Assembly: GCA_038496445.1 (NCBI GenBank)
Contig: JALMLS010000253.1
Span: 118,298-182,297 of the forward strand
Length of the DNA stretch: 64,000 nt
Direction of reading: 5' to 3'
Origin: Trichosphaerium sp. ATCC 40318
Lineage: Eukaryota; Protista; Tubulinea
In this document: in pieces, positions 38,101 through 49,574 of the stretch
Layout: the number at the start of each line of letters is the position of its first letter
Position numbering within the stretch: the first letter of the stretch is position 1
Program-made: the position numbers and the translations under genes
The notes under the pieces: generated by a model
Database searches by the model: none
What the model saw: the letters and a program-made list of their open reading frames with translations, nothing else
What the model was told of the DNA's origin: nothing

Positions 38101-40260
38101 CATCTCAGCTTCACTCACAACATCACGATGTGTGACTGATATGATAATATTAGCGTTAATAGTACGCGAATGAATCAACTGAACCCAATATTCAAGCCCA
38201 GATACGCCATGCTTGGCGTATTCTTTCGCGTTCCAAACAACTACGTAAAGCACACGTCCACCAAAGAATATAGGCATAAAACGAGTTACTTCAGGTTTTC
38301 CCACAAAGTCCCATGTTGTAAAATGGATCTTCCACTCTTGATCACCTAACAAACAGTGAGAATTATTGCACTTTTCACAATTTTTTCTTTTTTTCTCTCG
38401 AAAGTAAGTTGAAAAGAAAAAGCTCGAAAACGAACGTTACCTTTCGCCATCTTTACTTTTACAATCCAATCATCTACTTCTAAAGGTGCTTTATGTTTTC
38501 CAAAGCCGATACCTGCATTTCGTAAGCATACGACCGATTTTATAGGAATTTGGGGGTTTTTGCGTTACCTGCAACGGCATGCTTGTTTTTCTTTAAATAA
38601 TATTTTACGGCCGACTTTCCAGCACCTTCGTGACCCAAAAATAACAACTTCATTTGGTACGAAGGAGCGAATTTCTTCTCAGCTCGTGAGCGCAGCCATT
38701 CCAGTGTTGGTTGCAAACCCTAGTAAGAAGTGAGAAGGCTAAAAACAGGTATTAGGAGTAAATTTTTTTTTGGAACCTTTTTGACAACGTCAAGCGTTGG
38801 CGATCGTAGTTTTGCGTTGCCAGAGAGCTTTAAACACTTAAGCGTTGTTGTGTAACCCAAGGTAGAAGTTATTTCCACAAGGTCGTTATTTTCGAGATGT
38901 AAACCTTGTAAACGACCTAAACCGCCAATATCGTGGTAAATATACTTGAGCTGGTTATTGTTTAAATGCAGTTCTTTGAGGTCTCCCAAGTTTTTAATTT
39001 CTTGAGGTAGTGTTGTCAAGAGATTACTATTTAAATATAGACGTCGAAGTCGTGGTAATAGTGTGAGTTCGATAGGCAATTTTGCAAGTTTGTTGTGTGC
39101 AAACGACACGGATACAAGACGCCTACAAAAAAAATTCAACGATTGAACTTTTCTTCTTTCAAAAAAAAACAAAAACAAAACAAATGTTTTAAACTTGGTT
39201 AGCAAGGATCAAAATATCTTGAGGTTAATACCTAAGAAGGGCTATTTGTGGGGGAATGACTCTTAGTTTGTTATGAGCCAATTGAAGCATTTCCAAGCGA
39301 CCAAAAGCAATAATCTCAAGAGGAAATTTTGAAAAATCGTTATGACTCAAAGAGAGCTCGCGGAGCATTTTCAACTCAGTAATACTTGGCGGAAGGGTAG
39401 AAAGACGATTTTTGTCTACATCTAGGATTTGAAGTTTGACAAGTTGGCCTATATTATCCGGTAGATCTTTTAACTTATTATCGTGTACATCAAGAAGCTC
39501 CAAATGCCTGCAACAGGATTAAGCGAAAAAAAATACAAAACGGTACGAATTTTTTCGCCAGGTGTTATACCTCAGATATCCAATTTCCTTTGGAAGGTGT
39601 GTGATGCCCGTACCTGGGAGCATGAGCGTTTTAAGAGTCCTAAGGATACCAATAGATTGTGACAACTTGGGAATACCCTTTTTCAACTCTAGCTTTCTCT
39701 TCTCGTTTACTAGAACATCCAATATATCCCTAACATCAGGGCCAAAGTTATTTCCCTAAGCTGCGTCAAAAATAACACTTCCCCAAATAACGTTAGGCTT
39801 GCCGATATTTTAATGATCTCTAGTGAATCCATATCAGCAACACCAAGCGGCAGCACTACCAAAAGATTTCCTTGTACATCAAGTTGTTTTAATTGCTTGA
39901 ATTTGCCTATCCACTCTGGCAAGCTCCTTAGTTTGTTATTCTTTAGAGAGAGCGCTTCTAAGCGACCAGCTAAGCTGAGCAGCTCCTTCGGCACAGACGT
40001 CAATTGGCATGAACTGAGATCAAGAGAGGTGCCAGTGCAGTCCTTTATGAGTTTCTCTATAATAGCGTAAAAATAATCATCACTCGAAGCAAATTTATGG
40101 CTTTAAACGCAAAGGTGCGAAAAGAGTGTTTTCCGAAACGATCCTAGAAGCAAGAGACAAAAGCAAGCTAGAATATCGACAGAGTGTTTAAAATAATATC
40201 TGCTATGTCTCCGAATTGCTAGTTGCGCTAACAGACCACTGACGTGCCTGCTCTCCTCAT
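35154..40260 (-). CDS. Roco protein: LRR - Roc GTPase - COR - degenerate kinase - RGS domain (5' end approximate)
   Basis: Many LxxLxLxxNxL repeats, P-loop LFLGHEGAGKS, TWDFVG, THRD, COR VILDPTWLS..MPNGFFARL, kinase remnants HPNVLSFVG / ALYALH, RGS FLEFLKGEHSSENLEFY..LMETDSFVRF. Confidence 0.88.
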
Positions 40261-40795
40261 CAGTGAGATCAACTAATTCAGCGGAGTTATTGTGTGTGGT
40301 CCGCGTAACGACGGCTCTGGGTGATGCACGATATGCTTAACTCGCTATGAAGTGTATACGTGATGACGCTATAGTCTTCTCACCAAAAATGATTTTGAAA
40401 AAACTTCTGGAACTAATTTGACATGACATTCTGCAATCGGGTTACATTACATTGTAGCGCGCACACCGTTACTCATGCGAGTTCTGCCGCGTTATTCACT
40501 TTTGCCCGAAATACAAACACTTATCTAAAAGGAGAAGCAGCTATCAACATTTCAGTAGCGCGTCTACGTCGCATAACATTGGCAACAACTGTGGCGACAG
40601 TTGATGACTCTAAATTGCGCTGGCACCTCAAAAATTGGCGATGACTACTATAATCATGCAAAAACGACTAGGTTTACAACAATAAGGTTGGGGGTGAATT
40701 TGAAGAAATGAATGAAAGAAAGTGCAAGAAAAAAAAAACCAAAGACCACGGTTGAAATCACGCATTCCTTACAACTTGCCCACAGTGAATTCAGA

Positions 40796-42106
40796 ATGCG
40801 TATTACGCGTTTTCTCCGCGTTCAGCCCTCTAAGGAGGCTGTAACAGAGTTTACAAAGCAAAAAGTGGGAAATGCTGTTGTAAGCGAAATCCAGGATGCC
40901 GCTCTCCAAGCAGCGAGGACTGGCAAGCCTGTCAAATTGTCACAGCCCGGCTTGGGTAATATAGAAGTAAAAGGTTCACACGGCGACTTTTTTCATTTCC
41001 ACGCTGGCCACCCAGATAGGGTAGCACGAAAGCTCTCTAATCGTTGGTTTGCTCCAATAACAATTAATTCTGTTGCTGCCCCATACAACAAATTTGCGAC
41101 TGTAGAGCATTACTTTAACAACAGAAAGTTTGCTGCTCATCCAGAATTTGCTAATCGTTTGGCGATTGGACACCCTCAAGTACGCTGTTTTACTATCATT
41201 ACGCTCTTATTTCTCTCGTAGTATATTGGTGACGATGCTGGTGTTGTAAGACGCGCCTGTACGAGTTTTATGTTTTTATCTGTTTTGAATGGCTTGGTAT
41301 CACCGTAGATTGCTAATACTTACCAGGCCAAAAGAAAGAAAATGCATTTTCTACAGAATTACGGGATGAAAACGTACAACCTGACCCTAAGTTTAATGAC
41401 ATACAGGATAGAGTGATGGCAGAAGCACTCAAGGCATGCGTGAACGTCAACCCCTACAACTTTGAAAAACTAGATAGAGTTGTCATTTGACACATTTTTT
41501 TCATAATTTTGACAACACTTGCAGGCTAAATTCGACCAACATCCAGACTTGAAGAAATTATTACTCGATACAGGTAGACGTGGGTTGTTATATAAAGAGA
41601 CTACCGGAGGCTATTGGGGATGTAAATACTTATATACCGGTAAGCCCATGTCGAAGCGATACGTTTGTTACGCCAAGCAGTGAAAAAAAGTTTGTTCAAA
41701 AAATGTCGTACTGACAAGACTCAAATTAGGAAAAAAAATTGATGGAGAAAGAGCAAAACAACTTGTGGGTGTTAACTTGCTTGGTTCTATGCTTGAAGGA
41801 CTTCGAGCAGAGTACGTGCGCGAACTTGACGAAGCAAACCCTGAACTTGCTGCAATACGTAAGGCTGAAGAAGAAAAGAAGAATGCAGAATTAGAAGAGG
41901 GCATTAAGAAAGCGTTCTCGAATGTTAAATTTGATATTACTAAAGTTGATCGGAAGAAGTTGCCAGAAAATATACAACAAATGATGGACCTTGAAATGGC
42001 AGGTGAGCAAGGTGCTGCAGATGCTATACGTGCGCAATTGACACCTAAGGATGATTACGAGCTTGTGAAGCTTGGTAATGAAGGCAAGAAATCCAAAAAG
42101 AAATAA
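40796..42106 (+). CDS. NADAR-family (YbiA/DUF1768) protein, possible mitochondrial presequence
   Basis: LSNRW, FATVEHYF..KF, MAEALK-AKFDQHPDLKKLLLDTG, YWG, GVNLLGSMLEGLR. N-terminus MRITRFLRV. Confidence 0.85.
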
Positions 42107-42186
42107 TAAAAAAAAGCAAGAAAACTTTTGTAGAGTGTATTTTTGTTGTTTGCATAAATTACAAGGCGTCACGTGAGTAGTGTCTA

Positions 42187-42678
42187 TCATACAAAATGGC
42201 CTATTAATCCTTGTAGTTCTTGAGTTTCACTAGCTTTGGATTAGTGACAGAAAGTAAGCTCAAAGTGCACCTGATAAGGAAGGGATTAAGGACTCGAAAA
42301 TAGCAACGTCTTTTGTGAGTTCTATTGTATTATTTAGCGTATTTTTTAAGATGCGAGCGTACTTTTGTGGCTATCTAAGTATCTGGCTTGTTTTTCTCGT
42401 AACGCTAACTGGGTTTTTGCGCTTTGACCGTTGTAGTACTAGTTTAAATGTTAAAATGGATTATTAGAGGCAAAATAAATAAAATAGCCGTTGGTTACCG
42501 TTTGCAAAGCTTCGCTTTCATTCCATAGTGAAGCCACGACGGAAGATACTTTAGTAATAGGAAGAACTGTTAGTTCTTCTTTATACTTCTCCTTCACATC
42601 ACGATTAAATGTAAAGTATGCACTCATAGTAGTTTGGTGAAGTACTGGCGCGAGCGATTTAGTCTTTTTCGTTGCCAT
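42187..42678 (-). CDS. Small divergent HMG-box protein (~125 aa, 4 exons)
   Basis: MATKKTKS..TTMSAYFTFNRDVKEKY..PITKVSSVVASLWNE..YY follows HMG-box spacing. Three GT-AG introns give an open frame ending at TGA 42187-42189. Confidence 0.6.
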
Positions 42679-42769
42679 CAGGAGGTTTCTTTGATTGGAA
42701 AAGACTGTAACGAAAAAGGTCGACTTTTCAGCATTCTCCGCCGCAGAAATACATATTAGTACAAACAAT

Positions 42770-43730
42770 ATGGGTTCGAAATCATCAAAGAAAGCAAAGA
42801 CTGATAACTCTGATAGTTCCAAAACTTCTAAGTCTGCACCTGCAAAGGAGAATACGAAGAAAGAGAAAAAGTCAGCAAGGTCGAAAAAGGATTCAAAACC
42901 TGAGGTAGCTCCTGAAGATACTCCAGATGCCGTCGAAGAGCAGGAAGAAAACGATGACGACAATGAAGAAGAACCTGAAACAAAACAAGACAGCGAGCCT
43001 GCAGAAGATGCTAGTGAGCCTGAGGAAGACGCCGAAGAGTCTGGTGACGATGAAAACGAGGAAGAAGAACAAGAAGACGAACCAGAGGAGGAACCGGAGA
43101 AAGAAAGTGAAGAAGAACAAGAAGAGGAAGCCAAAGAGCAACCTAAGAAAGAGGGTCACATGAGCGACGCGACTGCAGCAGAAGACGACAAGAAATTCGG
43201 TCCTATGCGTAAAATTATCGATGACCACGCAAAAGCTCGCGGAAAGTACTACGATGAAGCTAAAATCGCTCACGATGCTGGGGATGGCGCAAAAGCAAAG
43301 GAGCTTTCCGAAAAGGGAAAGAAAGAAGGAGAGCTAATGAAAGCTGCTCAAGAGAAGCTAGCAGAAGATGTATTCCACTACAAGTACGTTCTTGAAAAAA
43401 AACGAAAAAAAAATCGCTAACGAAACACAGAAACGATAAACTTGAAGAAAACGAAATTGATCTACATGGATTATCGAGTACGTTTCCATAAACGATTATA
43501 GCGGTTAAAACTAACTAATTAATGTAGCTGATCAAGCTTTGGACTTTTTGAATAAGCGTATTGAGTCTCGTGGCGAGGGTAGCGGTGATCTCAATGTTAT
43601 CACTGGAGCAGGACATCACAGCGGCAAAGGAGGTCCAAAAATCAAGCCTGCTGTACTCAAGTTTCTTAAAGAGGGAGGATATGACTTCAAAGAGCATGAT
43701 GACGGTGGTTCAACTGTTGTGACACTTTAA
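42770..43730 (+). CDS. DUF1771 + Smr-domain endonuclease with N-myristoylation motif and acidic linker
   Basis: MGSKSSKK, long E/D tract, AKELSEKGKK, EIDLHGL, VITGAGHHS..KIKPAVLKFL. Confidence 0.88.
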
Positions 43731-43820
43731 GTGAATTCACGATGGAAGCAATAAACCAATAACTTATTTATCAATTTGATTCAGTTACAATGCTTCAACT
43801 TACTACGTAATAGGCATTAA

Positions 43821-44495
43821 CTATGTTGTGAATATTGAGAGTAATGTATCTTGTTCTTCCTTTGTATATGCGACCATTGTTACTTCTTCTAGCCCTTCAT
43901 AAGCATTGTTCCGTATTGCATCAAATCCAATCTGTAGTACATCTTTAAGACTTCGGATTCCTCTAAAAACGCCAGCACTGAGCAAGGTAAAACCAAGTTT
44001 TTTTACACCAAGCTCTTTGGCACGTTCTAAAGCTGCCACATAAGTGGCTGTCAACACAATATCTTTTTCAGCCATCATCTCCTGTACTCCATCATCGTCT
44101 TCCTTTGTTCCAAAAGGTAGTCTGTACACAGGACCAACAGCGTGTATTATCTAACATGTTATTATTAATGTGCATTTTCAAAACTTGTACGAACCCAGCC
44201 AACATTTTTGTGGTTAAAGCTTCGTGTCACTTTGGCATTTCCTGTTTTACAGCCACCCAAGCCTTTTCTCGCTTGTTTTAACTCAAATCCACCAGCTTTT
44301 TTTGTATAAGTGACAGTTTAAGCTCTTTTTTTACTAAATACCTCTATTTACAACCTCATCAACACCAAATCCGCCTGTACACCCCTCGTTCGCGGCGTTA
44401 ACAAACGCATCACCTTTGTAGTCTAGTATGGATCCTCCAGCCAACGTAACTATGCAATTTGAAGGTAGCGTGATACTACCCAGTTGTTGTAGCAT
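43821..44495 (-). CDS. Macrodomain (MacroD/YmdB-type ADP-ribose hydrolase)
   Basis: GSILDYKGDAFVNAAN..GGFGVD..AGG, GNAKVT, IIHAVGPVY, LGFTLLSAGVF. Confidence 0.9.
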
Positions 44496-44632
44496 TATTG
44501 GTGGCAATACAGGTTATTGCTTAATTGATATGTGAAATTCAACTAATACTTCTTTGTTGAATCAGTTGCCACGTGAATAAAGCTTCACCATTTGGTGAGG
44601 TGTCGTTAATAGCATACATACGCAAAGCGCAT

Positions 44633-44897
44633 GGGAAAAAAGGACGAAATTCGTTGTGGCGCGAATTTCCGCGACAAAGTTGCCGGTGTGAAAGAGGAAG
44701 TTCTGTGATGGGTTATTGCAATAATGTTGGCAACTAAAAGTTCTTATCCGGCTTGAACCGTTTGTACTTTGTCGGCTTGAGGCCGAGCCAGCATTTAGCA
44801 TCACTATTGCACAAGTGAATTATACCCTCTGCACAGCAGCAGGCACAGACGCGAATAGGTACCCTGTAGATAGGATTCAGTCTTTGTCTCATTTCCT
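44633..44897 (+). ncRNA. Candidate RNase P (P/MRP family) RNA, ~265 nt
   Basis: CR-I-like GAGGAAGTTCTG (44694-44705), CR-IV-like AGGCACA (44841-44847), CR-V-like ATAGGATTCAGTCT (44870-44883). Helices in the expected order: P1 GGACGAA/TTTGTCT and GGAAA/TTTCC, P2 ATTCGT/GCGAAT, P7 GTGATG/CATCAC, P10/11 CTAAA/TTTAG. Confidence 0.55.
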
Positions 44898-45025
44898 TCT
44901 TACCAGCACGTTGTGATTGAGTTTCTCGAAGTCTGATACACCCTTGTCTTTCATGTGTTACACGTGATTGGCCAATTAGTCGAACAAGTCGTCTTTTTTA
45001 AACACTTGACATTGTTATTTACGAC

Positions 45026-45808
45026 ATGGCAACTGATACACGGTTCAGAGGCATAGAAGTAAAGCAGGATCCTTCCAAAGCACCTACATTTTTGGGTATT
45101 AGACGCTCAGATGTAGAAATCAGCAATTTGTTCAAACTGTTGGAAACTGGCATTGATCAGAAGTTACTTCGCAGGGTGCTAAAGTATGTGCTCGAGTACA
45201 TGAAAGGCGTAGAAATATCAAACGAGTTATGGGGCGAACTACAGAAGGCGCTAGGCGACTACAGTGAAGAGAAGCTAAAATCACTGTTTGTGGGACTGTT
45301 TTTTGTGCTGAGGATCGCGGTACGAAAGCGTGTTGAAAGTGAAGTATTCAAGAAGGATTTAACGAACATTGGCGTGCCTGAGGCTCATGTATCTGATATA
45401 ACGGCTGTGTATGGCAAAAGGTAACGAAACCACAACATTTGAAAGCTCCTTTTCCTTTTCACTGGTATTGTACGCTAACGTAAGTAGTTTGCAAGCGCTT
45501 TCTAACCTAACAGACAAGCGGTTCAAATTTCCTTCTGTTACAAGCCTTGATTGGCGACTTGACATTACAATCACCACTAGCGACCTCAAAAGGTATATTG
45601 AGTAGATTTGGTAGCAAAATAACGCCTCTTTAGAGTGTTTGAGCCAAGTATTTTGTGTCGCTTGACAACCACTGATGGCAAAATTCGCACCTTCGAGATG
45701 TCAACCAAAGAATTTCATAAATTACGTTACAATGTGGCGCGCGTACTAAAGGAGATAGATAATGTAGAAAAGCTTCCAATTTTAAAAATTGATAAACAGC
45801 AACAATAA
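45026..45808 (+). CDS. COMMD5: COMM domain protein (COMMD5-like)
   Basis: FPSVTSLDWRLDITITTSDLKR-VFEPSIL..DGKIRTFEM..FHKLRYNVARVLKE. Confidence 0.85.
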
Positions 45809-45948
45809 TTTAAATAGTCACTCTTGTAGTTGTATTTATGGTATAAAACAAGTTATGACAGAGTTAGTTTGGCCTTACATTGCCAATATGATGTAGATTT
45901 TGAGTGGCAAATAAGTTGACTTCACTTGCTATTGTTTGTGTTTGTATA

Positions 45949-47342
45949 ATGTTCGCCAGAAGTGCGTTGGCGCGTGTAGGGTGCAGAAGAACAACATTAT
46001 GTGTAAAAAAAGGTAGTTTTGCGGGTTGGAGGTTTGAAGCAACGCAAGAAGCTAGTAAATCCTCTGGGGTACAAAATGAGAGCGTAGATAATGGTTTCTC
46101 AAGCTCTGAAGCAAATATTGTACAAGAAACAGAAGCAAACGTTAACATATCCACAACTGTAAATACTCAGGACATTGAATCACCTGGCGCTTCTTTGGGC
46201 GCTGAAACTGAACAACTTAAACCAAAGATCGAAGGTGTCGAGGACGCAATACCTACTGGTAAAGACGCTAATCGCGTGACCGAGGCTGAAGAAAAACTCG
46301 TAAACAATGATGCTGAAGAAAAGTATGAGATAAACGACCTCACTGCGTCACAAGAAGGTTCAGATGGTTCACTCCTCGAAAGTGTAGAGACATCAGGAGG
46401 TGTGTTACCAATTTTTCGCCGTCACTAATAATTACAAGAGCCACCTGCTCACATCCGCCTACAACGCGTACCAGTACATGCAAACGAACGGTATAAACTT
46501 ACATTTTTTTTTCGAAAAATTAATGCCTAAACTTGATGTAGGGACGTATATCGTATATGGGAAGGACTTGAGGGCATTGAACCACAATTTGTAGTGCCTC
46601 TCTTTGATAATTATTACAATAAACAGGTAATAAAATTACTTTCATATTTAATACAAATGACACCGGTTTGTAACGCGATTTTTAGCGCGATTGGGTTTGT
46701 AAATTCTCTTCAGTACGCGTTGCAAAGGTACGTAAAATTTGAGTGACACTTGAACAAAATTATGACGTTCTCTCCTACTGTTTACTTTGTGGACTTATAT
46801 CATTATAGATCGCTCTAAATCACGCGCAAGGGTTGTCTAGAGGTGTTTGGTTTATTGCTGCAACTCCATTTAAAATAGATCGCCTTCGTGGTATACCTAG
46901 AGCACAGTATGTTTGATACAACTTTGGAATCATTATTAAATATTTGTAGTGTTGGGCGTAATGCTTCAAAACACGTTGTTGTAGAGAACTTTCCTGAAGA
47001 ATGGAAGATTCCTGATATAGTTGACGCTTTTGAAGAAGAACAAGGAGTTCCTGGTGCTTTACCAATAATCAAAATCAACATGTTAAACAACCAGTACGGA
47101 TTACATTTCAGCTTTGTGTTTTATGTTTTTTTTTTTTCTCCTAGAGCATGTACTGACTTTCATTACCTAGATCGTTTTCTGAGCTATTCCCTGGCGCTAG
47201 TCCTTGTAAATTCAAAGCCCGTGCGCTCATACTTTTCGCATCTGATATTGATGCGTCTGTGTTTTACACACTGATGCATAATCGTGTTTTTAAAGATGAC
47301 AATGGTGTTGATTATGCTTTGAATGTCAGAATGTTAATGTAA
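45949..47342 (+). CDS. Putative mitochondrial protein with two degenerate RRM-like domains
   Basis: Arg-rich presequence MFARSALARVGCRR, acidic linker, HIRLQRVPVHANERDVYRIW and HVVVENFPEEWKIPDIVDAF..ALILF (RNP2-helix pattern twice). Confidence 0.55.
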
Positions 47343-47522
47343 AATATCGCCTACAAATAAACTACTTCTTGTACAACCACCAACTTATCCAGTCTAAATA
47401 GTAAACAGCACTCAAGGTCACAGAAAAAAAAAAAACCAAATGTGCAATGTGTTGCAATTAAGGCATGTCGTTTTGCTAAAACCTATTTAAATCAGCGTGT
47501 TAGTGTACCTCTGTTAAAGCTG

Positions 47523-49334
47523 ATGGAAGGAGGGTTAGCACCACCTGTTGTTATCGACTCTGGCTCTGGGTTCTGTTATGCAGGGTTTGCAGGTATGTAA
47601 CGTACGCTGCGCGCTATGTTGACGTTGAATAGGAGAATTGGTGCCGTCTGTTTGGCTGCCAACAGTAATTGGGAGACCTTTGCTTACTGAAGAAGAAGAA
47701 GGTGCTACAGCGGAGTACATTGGTATGACAGTTCATTATTAACCGCTTGTCACTCAAAATAAGCGAAATAGGCTACGATGCGCAATTATCGCGTGGACTC
47801 GCTCACGAAAGGCCTATAGAAGGCGGTAGAATTACTGACTGGGACTCTATGCAAAAAATATGGTTCGCACTATTATTTTTGTAACATTGTGCGTACAAAT
47901 CGCCTAATAGACTACCCAAGGCAACATATATTCGAAAAAGAGTTAAAAGTAAAAAAAGACGATCACAATCCAGTTTTGCTTACAGAACCACCGTTAAACC
48001 CTACTCCACAACGTGAACATACATGCGAAATTATGTTCGAGACATTTGGTGTACGTACAAGAGATATTTCGATTGTTTTCGACTTTTGGCTGACAGTTAT
48101 TTTGCACGTTGTCCTTCACCTTTGTTCTCTAAACACTGTACTAGGTACAACAAATGTACTTGTCAATGGGTCCTGTACTAGGATTATACGCTATGGGGAC
48201 CACTTCTGGATTAGTGTTAGACTCTGGTTATGGTGTATGTACTTGTTTTACTTTGTCGTTAAGGCTTTTGGCTTGTTTTCAACAAACAATTTTTTACGAC
48301 GTTAGTGTCACCACGTGGGGATTAATTTAATGTTTTAGAGTACGTTTGCAGTACCTGTCGTAGACGGACTCGCTATTCAGCATAGTATTTCTCAGTTTAA
48401 GTACGGCATGAGTAAAACAAAACCATTTGTTTAGTTTGAAATCCCTAGTTCTTCTGTTTGCTGTTTTAATTACTAACCTTTAGTTTAGAGTAGCTGGAGA
48501 ACAGTTAACTGAGTGGTTACAACGGTTACTACACACAGAACGTGGTGTGAGCTTTTCTAGTCGAGTTGCAGGTGTTCCTGGAGCAGATGTTTGCAATGAT
48601 ATAAAAGAGAAGCTTACTTATGTTGCTATTGATTTTAAGCAAGAACAAGATATGTATAGGGATGATAAAAGTATAGATAAGCAATATACATTACCGGATG
48701 GTAAAAAAATCACAGTAGGTGTACGTACTGGTACTCTTATTTGAGTGTTGTGATTGCTTTTCTAAGCATAAATTAGGATGAAAGATTTCGTTGTCCTGAA
48801 GCGTTCTTCGCCCCAGAACATCTTGGATTAGAGCATGGAGGTATACACGAACTTGTACATACAGCTATACAAAGATCACAACTTGATGTACGACGTTCGT
48901 TGTATTCGAATATCGTTTCTGTTGGGTACCCTTTTTCGAATGTTTTTTTTTTGGGCTTTTACTTATTGTTTTTTTTTCAAAGAGGGTCTCTTAGGATACC
49001 AGGTTTTACTGATCGGCTAGAGAAAGAAATCATAAAACTTGCTGAAGAAGCAATGGTTAGGCATATTAGAGTAAAAGACACTCTACAAGAAGAACGTCAA
49101 TACTTGAATTGGATGGTACTTCACCTCAACTGGATCTTTTTTGCTATTGTAAAGTTATTAACTTTTTTTTAAAAGGGTGGTTCAATGTTTGGCGGTACGC
49201 CACTTTTCCGTGACGCGTGTGTCACTAAGGTATGCCCTTTCATTATTATAATACATGACTTATTGAGAATACAGGAGAGTTATGATGAAGATGGTCCTTC
49301 TATAATTGCTGATACTCTTCAAGTACATAAGTAA
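47523..49334 (+). CDS. Divergent actin / actin-related protein
   Basis: VVIDSGSGFCYAGFAG, PIEGGRITDWDSMQKIW, VLLTEPPLNP..EIMFETF, VLDSGYG, DIKEKLTYVA, YTLPDG, ERFRCPE, WMGGS, YDEDGPSII. Confidence 0.92.
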
Positions 49335-49574
49335 ATTTTTGTACTTCAAAAAAAAAAAGGGTGTCACTGTGTACCAATGTTACCTTTCTATCCAAATAAA
49401 TTGGATTGTAATTATATACAATATATAATTTTACTTTTATTTAAGAGGTAAATGGTCATTTACAATTTGTCTGTCGTGAGACTGTGAAAGCAAAATAAAA
49501 AAAAGAATGTCCGTTAAAAAAATGTTCCTGGTTTGACTTATTTAGACAGTTAATATAATCTAATCTTGCTAAGA

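Noticed and set aside
42451-43273. Ser-rich and Phe-rich minus-strand ORFs
   Set aside because: Antisense shadows of the acidic Smr linker. Only the part from 42678 down is treated as real (HMG exon).
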